Assembly: GCA_965649765.1 (NCBI GenBank)
Contig: OZ287753.1
Span: 65,100,001 to 65,164,000 of the forward strand
DNA from: Bispira polyomma
Lineage: Eukaryota
DNA: 64,000 bases
Direction of reading: 5' to 3'
In this document: positions 27,206-41,254 of the stretch, piece by piece
How the letters are laid out: every line of letters starts with the position of its first letter
Numbering within the stretch: the first letter of the stretch is position 1
Made by a program: the position numbers and the translations under genes
The notes under the pieces: generated by a model
Seen by the model: only the letters and a program-made list of their open reading frames with translations
Database searches by the model: none
Told to the model about the DNA's origin: nothing

Positions 27206-30200
27206 CCAATTAAGTCTCGCCTTACAAATTCTATATGAATGACAACCTTCTATACCCAGTCATAAACAAACTATGTGCAGCCTCAACAAACCATTGTGTA
27301 GCATGTATTTGGACAATAATATCTGGTTTTTTTCGTGTCTGACAGTTATAGAACTACATATAACGCAGATAGAGGATATAAGATATACCAATATTGTAGT
27401 AACGTGTCAACTATCTGGGGCATGTATGGAATACTTGAAACAATTGTCTTTTCGTATGAGGTTCGCGGGCCATATCTATCAAAGGTTGGTAACCCAAAAC
27501 TCCAATAGCCTGATAAAAGCCCTAAAGTAAAAATCCAAAATTTGACTACATATTTGAGTTTAATGCTGCAAGCAACATTAAAATGAAAGATAACGTGTAA
27601 TTTGTAGCCATTAATAGCTAAATGGCGCTAATTGAGCTTAAGCATGAGGTTAGGTTTATGGCCTTTGATAAATACAGCAACTGGTAATAAATAGCCTGGT
27701 GGGATTAAAATACCATTACACAATATATGCTAGATATAAAATATACCAACCGGTTTTTCATCCTAATTTTTGCATAAATTAACTTTATTTCTGTACCTGT
27801 GGATCAAGTTGTAAAGTCTATTTAGCAATTGTGTGCGTTCCGTCATCAATGCCACGTCACACCTCTTCCAGGTTGCTGTTACCATTGCATCTCGTATGAA
27901 ATCTTGGCAAAGAGAGTTCCTCCCATGTATGTCTCAAGTCCAGAACTCTACTTCAATTCAGGATACGTTTCCACAGGTGTTGGGCGAAGGTTCAAACTGT
28001 AGAAGGAAGCCAAACTATAGCATGTTTTCTGCCCAAAATATGCACCCACCTGTTATCATTTTACCAATCTGGCACCAATATAGCACAACAAAAAAATTCT
28101 ACGGCCTTAATCGGTATGCTAATGTTGCCACTTAGCGAGACAATGATAAAATTGGTTGTAATGTTTTGATCTGTCTATTTCTGATCATAGCCGGATCGTT
28201 TCTTGTAGAATTATGATGCTTTCCCTTATTCAATGATGGGATATTAGAGCATTTATTTCATCATCCAGATTGCATTTGTTTTCCACGATTTGATGATCAT
28301 CGAAAATGCCACAGTTACCTGTTACGGTATCAGGATTGCTACAATCATATTTTTGTGGGTGTGATCTAGATAGAAACAAATAGAAAAAGTGACTGCATAT
28401 ATTTTGTATTTGTAATGAATGAGAACATTGTGACCTTTTTATCGGGCCAGAAACTCCTCAGAAAATGTAATACACACAGTCACTAAAAAGTCTGTAGTTG
28501 AGATATATTTGTGTTGACACTAATAAACTACATTTCATAATGAGTCCATGTAAAAGATTTGGTCAAGTCTAGCCCTGTTAATTTGTGCTTGTATTATTCA
28601 GTGTTAGTAATTTGGTATATGATTATTATTCATGTGATTATGCTGCATACTATTGATTAATTTTATCAAAATAAATGTTTTGGTACTGATGAAAATGACT
28701 TACGGTTTCTTTTACGTAAACTGTCTGAACCAAAACAAATATCATTGATATTGTCAATAAATTGTCATACTCTAATGTTTAGTTGTTGCGATGATCCAAA
28801 CATTTAAAATATTTATAGTACTTCTTATTATTACACATTATTATTGTAAGTATTTGATCTGGTAGAGAAAGATACACCTTTTAAAGACACTGTTGTATAC
28901 ATTTAAATTAAATATCTTTCAATATCTTTGAAATATCTAACAGCACTGTCACAATTAGGACAACCTTCAACCTTCTGTTGAGGTGCTGCACTTTAGATAG
29001 AGTAAGGAAAAGTGTCATTCATAATCTTAATATAGTATTTTTATATTTTGTTTGGGTTTTAAATCTTTTCCAACAGCAATTTGAGGGTATCCATTTTATT
29101 TACCACACTATTTTAGTATATACCTTTTACTTATTACTGTATACAGTTTAAGGCCACCTTAAATTCAATTTCAGGTGATATTTACAAATAAAACGACCAG
29201 CACTTAGTCTACTGGTGAAGGACAGCCGTATATTGTAGTTTGTTAAGCTTTGCTATACCTGTCAGCAAGTGTTACTGCCAACAACCCCAGATACAGGCCT
29301 GGGAGGGAAAAGTGTGCAACCCTCATACCACTAAATACATCAGTTTAATTATATGAACTTTTTTATAAAGCAAAGCCATGCTCCCTGCCAGTCTTTTGTA
29401 TCTTAAGACAGGTGTCATGATCTGCAACATAGGCAGAATATACAGTAGGCCTCTATTATCTAAATATTTCATTTTCTGAACTAATTTCCACTCTACCAAA
29501 TTTATGTTTTTACATTGTTTTCTACCGAAATGCCTATTCTATTTGATTCAACTTCTATCATCTTAACAAAATGTTTCTTTCCAAAATGATAGGATAATGG
29601 AGATTATACACTATCTATATATATATATATGTACAAATCAAAGACAGAAACCAACTGCAGTTTAAGAAATAACAGGTCTCTTTTGATACAAAATAGTTTT
29701 TAAATGGGTCCGATTGTTCTACATAATCTACCCTATTTCATCAGACCGATATTAATTTTATTACAAAACGGATACCTAGCCATCCTCAGGGAAAAAAAAT
29801 CAGGGACCTTCCGATCACCAGAGTGACTCTCCCACTAGATGTTGAACCGATAACCTTTGGATTACCAGACCAACCCCTAACAACTAGGCCACTAGAGACC
29901 ATGTGGTCTGTTAACAATAATATATTACTCATTATCTGAAAATAGACAAGGTCTGGGTTTATTTTACCCCAGGAAAACACTGCATGACTTCTGTGGCATA
30001 AACTGTTCCACAACCAAAGAGTTTGGTGAAGTGCATAGCTTTGCAATTCGCAAGTTTTTTTTACTTATTTTTTCATCATACACAAGGTATACATATAAAA
30101 CAAGAAACAAAAACAAACATAACTTACATCAATTGGCAAAAAGATTGTGTTGAACAAAAGAAGAAATTACATGATAATAATTACAATATAAAAAAAAAAA

Positions 30201-31924
30201 ATTATTTATTAATACCAATAATATTAGAACACCAGGAATGCTACTTCTTAAACACTAAATCAGGGTTTGTATGATTGGGATGGATGTGGACGTTATATGG
30301 ATGTGGACGTTATGTTTTCTAAACACGAAAAGGCAAGTTACAGGTTGTGTTGGATTGTTGATAAATTTGGCCCAAACATCCAAACAGATGTTTTATATAC
30401 AGAACTACTGCAGTATGGCTGACAATTCCTGTGGTATTAGATGGGGACCTTATGTTTTCTAAAAGGAAAAAAAACACGATACAGCACGACACAGCACGGT
30501 AGTGTTGTGCTGGGACCAGTCTAAATAATCAATATATGCAATAGACTATGTATAATTAGAACCTTTAATATTCACAGGATTTGGTTCTCGTTATAGCTAA
30601 CTTCCACTGATACCTACAAAAAATACAGCATTTTCTGATGTTGGGACCTCAAAACCAGTTTCACTTATACCTAAATTAGACTCACACTGGTTTTACTTAT
30701 ACAGAGTCTACTGTGCTGTCTTGTTTCTATTTTATATTGTGTCATGTCGTGGGTGGTCTGTAAAGCCATTTAGTGTACAGATCCTATATTCACTATATGG
30801 CCTCAATCTTAACTTTGTCTCAAGCTTAACATTTTGGTCCTGCATTTTCACCAAAACGGTCAAGATTTTAGTCCTAGTGATAGTTACGTGAAGATTTTTC
30901 GTTAGCGTTAACTTTGCTCTTAACACTAAGACTAACAGTAGGCAGTCTAAAGTATTTTAGACATAAATGTAAACTTTTTAGACTAAGTTAGGTCTAAGAG
31001 CTTATGTGAATAAGACCCCTAAGGTACGGAAGTATGCTTAGGTTTAAAAAATTTTAATATCTCTACAGTAATATGCATATATATATAACCAAAAGAAAAG
31101 AAGATTACAAAAAATGTTTTAAAGCCCATTACTCTTTTTCTATTAATGTGTTTCTAGGGCTAGGGAATGGGTCCAACTATATGGCAATATATTATATATA
31201 TCATTTATTTTATTTATAAATTCGTACACAGATTTAAATTGTTACAACATATACATACAAAAATGTTATACAATTAAAGATAAGAATAAAATAAACATGG
31301 TCAACAATATACAGACATTGTGACTTAAACACGTGACCCCCATAATGAGGCATAAAGAAGAATTATATCCCACTTCACATTATTTTGTTGCAAAATAATG
31401 AAACAGTTGAACATAGAATAGAATATTTGAGTACTAAATTATAACATAGCTACTTTAATCATTTAGGTTTATGCTGAAATAATCCAATATATAATTATTA
31501 CCTCATTAATACTGTTTGTCCTTAAATCATGACTGTAAATTGTAGCATTTATAGAAGGCTCACTAACAGGATTGAAAGTAATCCAGAGACAATCCCCTGT
31601 GTAAACCATGTACTTGGGATAGTTATATATGTCAGCTCATGTGTATACCAGGGGTCCTATATGTATGTATTCAGTAAGAGATCTCTAAATATTTAGACGG
31701 AGGATTAGCTTTTCTGTTAATATTTAATAAATACCAAAGATCTCCTATTTATGGGTATATCCGAGGATGGAAGGTGGTGGTTCTATCTGGGTTACCAGCC
31801 TATTGCAACATCACAAAACTTTAGAGTGTATATTAATATTAGACTTTCAAGTATGGAGCAGTTGGTTTGTGTCATAAACTAGGAAGCTAGAGAGAAATAA
31901 AGTCAAAATGTATAACTCAAACTT

Positions 31925-33633
31925 TCGGTCAATCACCAGACTTGTCAACCACTCTCTTGCAGATGGTATCATACCTGATAAATTTAAACAGGCTGTAGTA
32001 ACTCCTCTTATAAAGAAACCATTGTTACCAAAAGATGACTTTAAGAATAATAGGCCAGTATCAGGCCTAAGTTTCATCTCCAAGTTAGTGGAAAGAATTG
32101 TTGCAAAACAAATAACAGAACATATCAACAAAAAATGTTGTGGAAATCTCCTGCAGTCTGCTTATAAACAGGGCCATTCCACTGAAACAGCCCTTCTAGA
32201 GGTGAACATGCAGCACCAGCCTTCCTCGGCCTATCGGCAGCTTTCGATACCATTGATCATGTTACCTTGCTTGAATACTTGTCATCCTGGTTCGATATAT
32301 ATACAGCATTTTCGGATGTTAGAACCTCAAAAATGAAGTGCATCTATCTCTTTCAAGAGGTGAACCTACAGCACTAGTCCTCCTCGGCCTATTGGCAGCT
32401 ATCGATACCATTGATCATGCTACCTTGCTTGAATACTTGTCATCCTTGTTCGGCCTTCAGGGTACAGATCTCGAATGGTTCACTTCATATCTCTCATATT
32501 GATTTCAGTCTGTCAAAATAGGCTCCACTCTGTCAGAGTTGTTTAAGCTTGAGTTTGTTTCCCAAGGATCAGTTCTGGGCCCTATCTTGTTTTCTTTGTA
32601 CACTACTCCCCTCAGCTATATCATCAGCAAACATATTAATATCAAGTACCACTTTTAGGCTGATGACACACAGCTGTATGCTCATCTCTCATATAAAAAT
32701 GCCACAACTGTTCTCGATAGTCTAAAAAGTTGTCTCAGTGATGTTCGAAAATGGATGTTGCCAACAAGCTTAAATTAAACCCAGACAAGACTGAGTTTAT
32801 ACTTTTTGGATCAAGAGCCAGGCTGATAGATTTAAGGATTTTTCCCAGTCAATATTTTAGGAAACAAGTTGTACCCTGCAAGTGCTGTTGAGAACCTGGG
32901 GATGTGGTTTGATGCTACGTTTTCCTTCACGAAACAAGTTCATAAAGTTTGCAAGTCATGTTTCATCCAAATGAGGGATCTAAGAAGGGTAAGGCGCTAT
33001 TTGTCAACCAGTCACAAATGCACTGGTTACAAGTCGTCTGGACTACTGTAATTCTCTTTATAAAAGAGAATTATAAGGCTGACATCCGTAAGTTGCAATG
33101 CATCCAAAACTCGTTAGCCAGACTGGTGGCCAACCATTCCAAGTACTCCTGTGTTACTCCGGTCTTAAGAAGTCTCCAATTGTTACCCATTGAGTTTAGA
33201 TGTATGTTCAAAACAGCTACTTTTGTCTACAAATTCTTAAATTATGGCCTTCCAGCATACTGGAATCCATACCTTACACATGCAGTCATAATACCAGAAG
33301 GAGCAGACCGGGAAAAAAGTTCACCGTACCAAGATTTATGTCAGCAGTACCCAAATCTAAATGTCAGTTTAACAACAGCTTTGCCATTGATGCTCCAACA
33401 CTCTAGAATGGATTACTTGCCGAAGTTTGCTGTGCACATCCTTTATTAAAAGACCTAAAACCTACCTATTCGACAAGGCTTTTCCACCTTACCCCTAAAT
33501 TCACCTGGCGTTTCCGTGGTGCTGACCCATGCTTGTCTAAAGGCAATGCAAATTTGAATAAGGATACTGTCTGCACCTTAGAATCTCATAAAAAGGAGAG
33601 ATTAAGCACTATAAAAGTTATATTAGATTAGAT
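31925..33633 (+). mobile_element. 5'-truncated CR1/L2-clade LINE reverse-transcriptase pseudogene
   Basis: Motifs FKQAVVTPLIKKP..RPVSGLSFISKLVERIV, QSAYKQGHSTETALL, PQGSVLGPILFSLY, HF*ADDTQLY and LKLNPDKTEF. Stops and frameshifts, an internal ~95-bp duplication (32199-32295 vs 32357-32452) and an (ATTAG)n tail. Confidence 0.92.
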
Positions 33634-36600
33634 TGTCACAAAAGAGTTTAATTTTTAAATCACATATAAATACAGTAGTATATTAAGGGCGTGTAACTGA
33701 ACCCTTAGCTGTGTGTAGTACTTCTATAAACTAATATTAGGAGGCATATTTTGGTATTGGGGTTAAGATGGGAGAGTTCCATCTACAGAATAGAATATAT
33801 TGTATTATACTGTCATGTTTTGGTCATGTTTGATACGTATACTAAAACAAATATTCACATATATTACAACAAACCCAGCCTAATATGGGCTTATAAAGCA
33901 CTATGGACACTTGTCTAAAAATAGTGACATTTTAAATTTAGATTAGATTAATCTAAATTGTACAATAACATTCTTCTTTTACACTATGCTTTTTGTATAT
34001 AAGATGCTAAACAATACACAGTTTTGTTGTTGACATTATAGTTGTAAATTAATCAGTAACACTTATTGTAAAATTTATATTTAATTTTTGATATAATAAT
34101 TTTCTTAAATTTCTGTATAATGCACATTTACAAATGAAGTGTTATTTATCTTCAACTAAGTTGCTATTACAAAATACACATATTCTATTTTCAATTGAAA
34201 TTTTCCTGAATCTACCTGTTTCAATAACAAGGGGTAAGGTACAAGTCCTGATTTAAGGGAACTTAGGGGGGTAAGTAGATAGTTTAAGATATAGGTGTTT
34301 GAGTTTTCTCCTAACTCCCTCAAAAATGTTTTTTAGTGATCATGTTCGATCCTCGCTGCTGGTCGAGAGTTGTACCTTTGGACAATGTACTTGACACAAA
34401 GTTGTCCCTCTCTACTTAGTTGTATAAATGGGTACCTGGCCACTAATGTGTGTTAGTCTTTGTCTGGCGTACGTGGCAGCGTGGGTAGTATGCTTCCTGA
34501 GGGAGCTGAGACTGAACAATTGGTTGACAAGTGGAAGAACCCATACTGGGGGTGCAAACTTTAAAGTCTGCTGAGATCTCAATAGAGGTGATAATAGATT
34601 ATAAACCTACAAAATTGAATTTGGAGGGTCCATGTGACTCTTAAGGGCGCATTCCACTTTCACATTGGCCTTGCGATTATCTCCGCTTACCCAGCACGTA
34701 TCTGCCTCGGTTTTATCAGTTTTGACTCGCGGTCAGTCAGATCATATTACATATGAAGGAACGTATAGAGATGCCCCTGCTGTGTCACGTTCATTAGGAA
34801 ATTTAAGTTTTTTTTCTAAATTTCCCCAATGGCTTTGGAGATCCATGCTTACCCAGGATTTTACATGGAAATCATTCTAGGTTCAATTTTTTATCCAGAT
34901 ATGTCTCTGCGACCGGCTAATCGACAAACTCACACGAGCATCGTTTTTCTAACTGGCTGAAGTGGGAGGCGGGCATTAGGAACAACAGGACAATGTGTAT
35001 ATGTTCCATAAAATATTCACTCTTATTAGTTATAGTTGGTTGTATTCATTTGGTCAATTTATTTTTAGCAGAACAAAAACCTCAGACACACATATGATCA
35101 ATACCCCATTAATAACCCACAGACTTAAATTTATCCTCCTGTTTTTTTACAAACGATCACTGTAAACAATGCCATCCATTAAGGTAGGTACCAAAAAGCC
35201 CAAGGGATATGTAAGCTAAACATTTGATCTACATGGATCTAATTTTTCCCCTGACTTGTAGGGGGGGGGACAAATAAATCAGAGCCGGTTCACTGAAAAC
35301 AACAAAAAACAGAACCATACAACAAAGAGATGGGCTCTGTTCTGGCTCTGAAAAACCAGGGTGAAAAATTAACAAGTATGGTGACAATTGGATGTGGAGT
35401 TTTCTCTTTAAATCATGTGTGTTCTGCATCCTAAAATTGGATATTCTAAATCATGCAATTACTAGATAGATATTAAAAAAAATAATCAAACTGGATATCT
35501 TGAATACATGCTTTTTGCTTGTACAAAATTAAAAGTTATAGAATCTGTTATGTAGGTAGATTGGAAGAGCACTTATAAGTGACTAACTAGCACAATTTAT
35601 TTCACACACACACACATAAAAGGAATTAACAAATCACTCGGTAATAACGTCACAAATGTTCATCTTAAAGGGCTTTACAGACCGCCCACGACACGGCAAA
35701 ATGTTTTTTGGAGATTTCTCCAAGCCAATTGCAGCGTCGTGCTGGGACCAGTCTCGATAATCAATATATATTGTCTTGTTTTTATTTTTATGTAGTGTCG
35801 TGGGTGGTCCGTGTTCATGTGTATAAAGACATCTAGCATCAACACTACAAAATTATGGATCCTTATATAATTCGTCTGAGTGTTCACATGTATATATATA
35901 CAACACTACGTATACCAGTATGGATCATGTATACGTAAATTCATACAGCGAGCGATTTTTATAATGGCCTGCCTTATGCAAATTTAATGAAAGTGCATGT
36001 GTGTATTACAGGAGACATAAACATGTTTGATATAAAAATAATTGTTTTTTTTAAGTGAAAGAATGATCACAATTAGTTTAAAAATTTAAGAAAGTTATAA
36101 CTTTTAAGAAAATGAAACATTTAACAAAAAAGAAATTTGACATACTTTCAATCAGTATTGGTATGTTGGGTGTTCGGATGTATGTGAACGTGGCTTTTAC
36201 TTGTCAAATTGCAGGTGGCTTTTCTCATTAGCAATACTTCATTACATGTAACATGATCCATTAACCTTCGGATCTAAAGGTTGGATTCCTCGTAGACTTT
36301 TAAGGTGGGATTTCACAGCACAGTTTGATCCATTGTAGATTTGGGATTACATTTCTAGGGTTGGTTTTTGCAATGAATCATTTATATTAAAATGATGTGT
36401 GTTTCTACTAAAGGCTTATGTTTGATCTAATAAAATACAGTAATATTTTTTTTTTCGTCAAGAGTTAAATAAATGACCTTTTTAGAAATAAATAGAAGAT
36501 ATTGCCAAGCATTACTAAGGAAGTGTGGTCTCCCGTGGCCTGCTGGTTAGGGAGTTGGTCTGGTAATCAGAAGGTTCCCGGTTTGACTCCTGCTAATGTC

Positions 36601-39050
36601 TCTGGGTCAATTGATGGGATTAACCTCCTTGGGCAATATGTAAATACACCATTGCCTACTGATGAAGACCCCGGCTATATGTTAAAGGACACTTGATTGG
36701 TTCATTGATTTGAAAGTTGCGTTTGAGAAGATGCCCAGCATCAATACAGTGCATTAACAATATATATTACAATACAAATAATTATTTTACTTTAGCTTGA
36801 ACATTTGTGATTATGCTAAAGACCTTTTATTCAAGTCATGTTTGGAAATCATTTATAATGCAGATGTTGATTCGTAGACAGTTGTTAACTGGTCTGCCAC
36901 CACTATGGTTTTAACATAAAAATACTTATACCCGTTAAAATAGGTTAAGTTTTAAGATATAGTGCATGAAGTCACGTGGCGGTCTCAGAGTCATGTTCTT
37001 GGCCCCAGAAAGTACAGAACATTTTATTTTATTATTGCTCAAACAATTAGTTTCACCAGGCTGTGCAAGTTTGTCATCAAGTTAATCCAAGATTAAGGGG
37101 GCAAGTTAATGATGTGGAACACAGACATTGACACAAATGTGTTACATAATTGGTCTATTTTATTAAAAATACACACACATAAAGAATATATATCAGTATA
37201 CATATCAACTAACTACTTTCTAATAATAAGGTAACCTTAACTTGTTCTGTGCTACCGAAGTTTAAGGTGACCTTATGTGTTAAACTACGACTACCTTAAG
37301 AAAATTGTAGTTACCAAGGTAAGGGTGCCTTGTTAGCTGCACCAAGGTTACCTTAACCGATGACAGGGCCCCTAAGTAAGGATGAATTTTAAGTTGTACT
37401 AAGGTTACATTATATGTAGTAGAGTTTACCCGGGTAAGTGTAACTCCCTGTGTTATTGTTAAGGTGGCCCTGAACCTATGGATTACCTCCTAAGTTGTTG
37501 GTTATTATACTGCACTAAAGCTATTATCATTATGTACATATTCTTGTTAAAACTGTTTATATTTGTATGACCTGGAAATTGCCAGACCAAATATTATTCG
37601 AACAATGATATAAACTCAAGCATTTATTATGTTAATCAATTATAGTGTCTCATTATGTGTTTGCATTACGAACATGATATTTGAAAAAAGTGTATTCCTT
37701 CAAAATAAAAAGAGATATATCCACTGTTTCAATCTGGGTAGGCGTCGTCGTTTGGTAAACGGGTGTTGATTGGTCTGTCCACCACTATTGAACCAGATAT
37801 ATCAAAGTAATAAAAACTCCCATTCTCTACTTATGTTGGAGAATTATACCTGTCGTCTAAAAAGATTAGAGAATTCCATTCTTCTTTCTTACACTATCAA
37901 AAGCTTCCCAGCGATCTCTTAATGGACAACACGCCACGTAGAGATCCCCTCGTATATTAAGTAGTCTGTGTAATTTGCTAGCATTAGAAAAAACAGACAG
38001 GTGTAATTATCCCAGTCAGCTCTTGATCCGGGCTAATGTCAGAATACCTCAATCACTGTATATGTTTATACATATATATTATCTATAATTATTTTAGTCA
38101 GGGATTTCACGCCTCCTGGCGAGGGTGCACTGAAAGACACAAAGAAATTCAAATCACTAAAAACACACCACGTGTTTAGTGTTTACATATGGAGCCAATC
38201 TACAGGTGACGTCTTGATCAGCTGTTATATACACTGGCCTCCAAAGATAGAGTCACCCCGAAAGAAGGGATTATAATACCTTAATGCACAAAAACCATGC
38301 TCCAATATATATTGGCCTACATTATATGTATTTTTAGCCATCTAATACCTTGGTCTCATTAAGACAAATCACCGCTCTGAATGTGTGACGAATAAATCTT
38401 TGACAAAAAGATTCCCCACATATCGAAACGTTTTAAAATGTTTCGGAAACAGGGTGGGGTCTCATTTTTATTCAAAGTCACCTTATTCGTTGCACCATGT
38501 GGTATAAACGTTTTATAGTATGTGGAAGAAGATGTGGGTGTGTTTTCATAAGTCTGCAAACGTGAAGATTAGTGACCATAAGTAACTAGTTTGAGTAAAA
38601 AAAATTGTGGGCATTTGTTTGTAAAACTAACAATTAGTAAGTATTCGTTTAAATCCAGAGACACATTAGTGACAATAAGTGTACATTCGTTACATATTGG
38701 TGACGTCTCCATAAAGTTTAGGTGTTAGTATAATGCAAATGTGACTTAAACATTTTTGATAACAGAATGTGATGTACGAGGGAAATCTACAGATGGATAG
38801 ACCACTTTCATTTACGCCACACTTTTATTCGCCGAACTGCACAAATAACAATTTAGATACTTCTTAAATGAGACCAGGCCATTGCAAAGAACTAGATCTG
38901 CTTCTGTTACAGGATTTCTGTGTCTGTCTGAAATTAAAATAAGTAAGATGGACTATTTTCTTTATAAAGTCGTCAATTATAATACAAGATTGTGGTTAAA
39001 ATGGTATTAGTTCTACATTAGAATCTACTCTTGATATATATATACAGTTA

Positions 39051-39357
39051 AGTGAGCATTTCCATGCAAGTAACTTTCTAAAGCGACCAGCCGATGTCCA
39101 ACAGGCAATTTTTATTTTTTATGTTTCCATACTTCAGAAAAATAGATACCCGTTATTTAAAAAAAATTGCAATGTTTACAAGGCGACGGACAATGTCAGG
39201 TGATTTTTTTCGCTCCTAGTACCGAAAAAAATTGCCTGGCATTGCCCGTTGCCTATCGGCGTTGCTCACATGGAAACACTTAGTTATGAATCAATAAAAC
39301 TGACAAAATCGCCGTTGCCTGATTGCCTCAGAAAGTTGCCTGCATGGAAAAGCTCAC
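39051..39357. mobile_element. MITE (Harbinger-like TIRs)
   Basis: TIRs AGTGAGCATTTCCATGCAAGTAACTTTCT / AGAAAGTTGCCTGCATGGAAAAGCTCACT. Confidence 0.75.
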
Positions 39358-41254
39358 TAAAGCTTGAAGTTGGCATAAGGTCACCTTAGCCAAAGACGTA
39401 AGGCCACCTTCGACAAAGTATAAGGTCACCAACAATTGAGTTTTAGATAAGCAAAAGTGAGACAATAAGGTGACCTTAGGTTTAGTGTTTTTTTAAATGC
39501 AGACCAAACGATTATATATCCTATTTTCACTTTCCACAAAAGTAATATTGTTTCAAAAATAGAACTGAATAAATGTGAATAAATGTGTACATAATAAGTT
39601 TAGAAAACAACAACTGTTTGTTATTATAAAACATTTTTAGGGTTCTTTTTTTCATTATATCAATTTCTGAGAAAGGTGTCACATGATAAATGAACGTGAC
39701 AATGATAAATGAAATATGTACTATTGGGGAAGTTCGTAAAATTATTTGTCATTCCTAACACTACATTAACGTCCCCTCACAACCTTTGGAGCCCCATGTA
39801 TTTTAGTTATGTATATGGAGACATAAAGTCAATGATAGTTTTGTTGACCGTGAAAACAAGAATATATGTTGTTTGTTGAGAGATACACCGATTTCACTGA
39901 TCGGAAAACCTATTATCATTGGATTATAAGCCATAAATATATATATATATACTAGGTTTACTGTGTGTGTTGTGTATAATATAAAAACCTAGTGATATGA
40001 ATATATATATATTTACATACAGTGGATATAGAAATGTTTGGCGGGGGAGAGGAAAAGTCATCGACCGTCCCATTTTATTTGGTTATTTATTTATTTTTTG
40101 TTAAAAGCTAGATTATAATACAATAAAACCAAATGATTTGATGATTTATTAAAGATTACCAACTGGGAAAAAACAAACAAACAAACATACGTGTGGAATA
40201 ATTAAATCATATAAATGGACTATGCACTATGTGGTAGTTTGTGCAATGAAGTTTGAAAAATGTGCGCCAGAAAAATCCACAGAAATTCTGCTTGTTGTAT
40301 GAATAAAATATGACAAAGTTGCCTGTCATAACTAAAGAACAGTAACAAAAACATCTATTTAATAACATTTATTGCCTGGATAGAATTCTCTAAAGATTGC
40401 CTCTCTCTCATTTGTGGAATGTTATCATTGTGTAGGTCTTCTGATATATAAAAGAAGGTTTTAAGCCTAAGTGGATAACAGTTGTAACGTCAACACACAA
40501 GTGGGTTTTTTTACAGTGTGAACGAGAACCACATATTGATATATTCATTGACATTTATATGGGAGTCTTGTTTATTATACAGTTTATTATTTAAAACTCT
40601 GGCTATTATATAGTCCCCCCTTTTGTTGTGTAAGAGATAAGGACCCAGTATAGCTACAATAAAAAAAACATTGACAGTTTTGATCATCAGATCTGAAGAG
40701 AGATCAGATACACATAAATTGATTGTTGAAGGGAGAAGGTGTTTTGTGTAATGAGTTACACTTAGTAATATAATACTGCACAGACCATATTTAGAATCAA
40801 ATGTCAAAAGTAACTGGATAGAAATTACTTTGATTTCATGCTCTTAATCACAAAGATTTTATTAAAAACCCAGCCAAGATCATTAACGGAAAATATTTAA
40901 CAGGAATAATTTTTAGTGTCAACTAATTATTCCGAATTTTGTTTGATTTTTTTTACGGCTCTTAATACATTTAAAAAAGATAACAGAAGAAACAAAAAAT
41001 GACAATAATGTGATGTAAACAAAATAAGAACTGAAATCAACCAGGATACATTAATATCACAGTAAAACCCTCATAATAATGAGCGCACATGGGATCCAAC
41101 CAAAGTGTTCACCAAAGGGAGGCGGTGTTTTTAAATGAAATTCTTACCATACTTTAGCATCAAAGACTTTAGCTGAAGAATAATAGAACTTTTTCTATGA
41201 CATTTTAACTTCCATCTGGTGTGAGATCCAGAAAATTAGTAGATCCAGAAGAAG

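Noticed and set aside
37735-37790. Possible promoter (CpG-rich, inverted CCAAT, X-box-like) for the death-domain gene
   Set aside because: The motifs are short and imperfect, and there is no TSS evidence from sequence alone.
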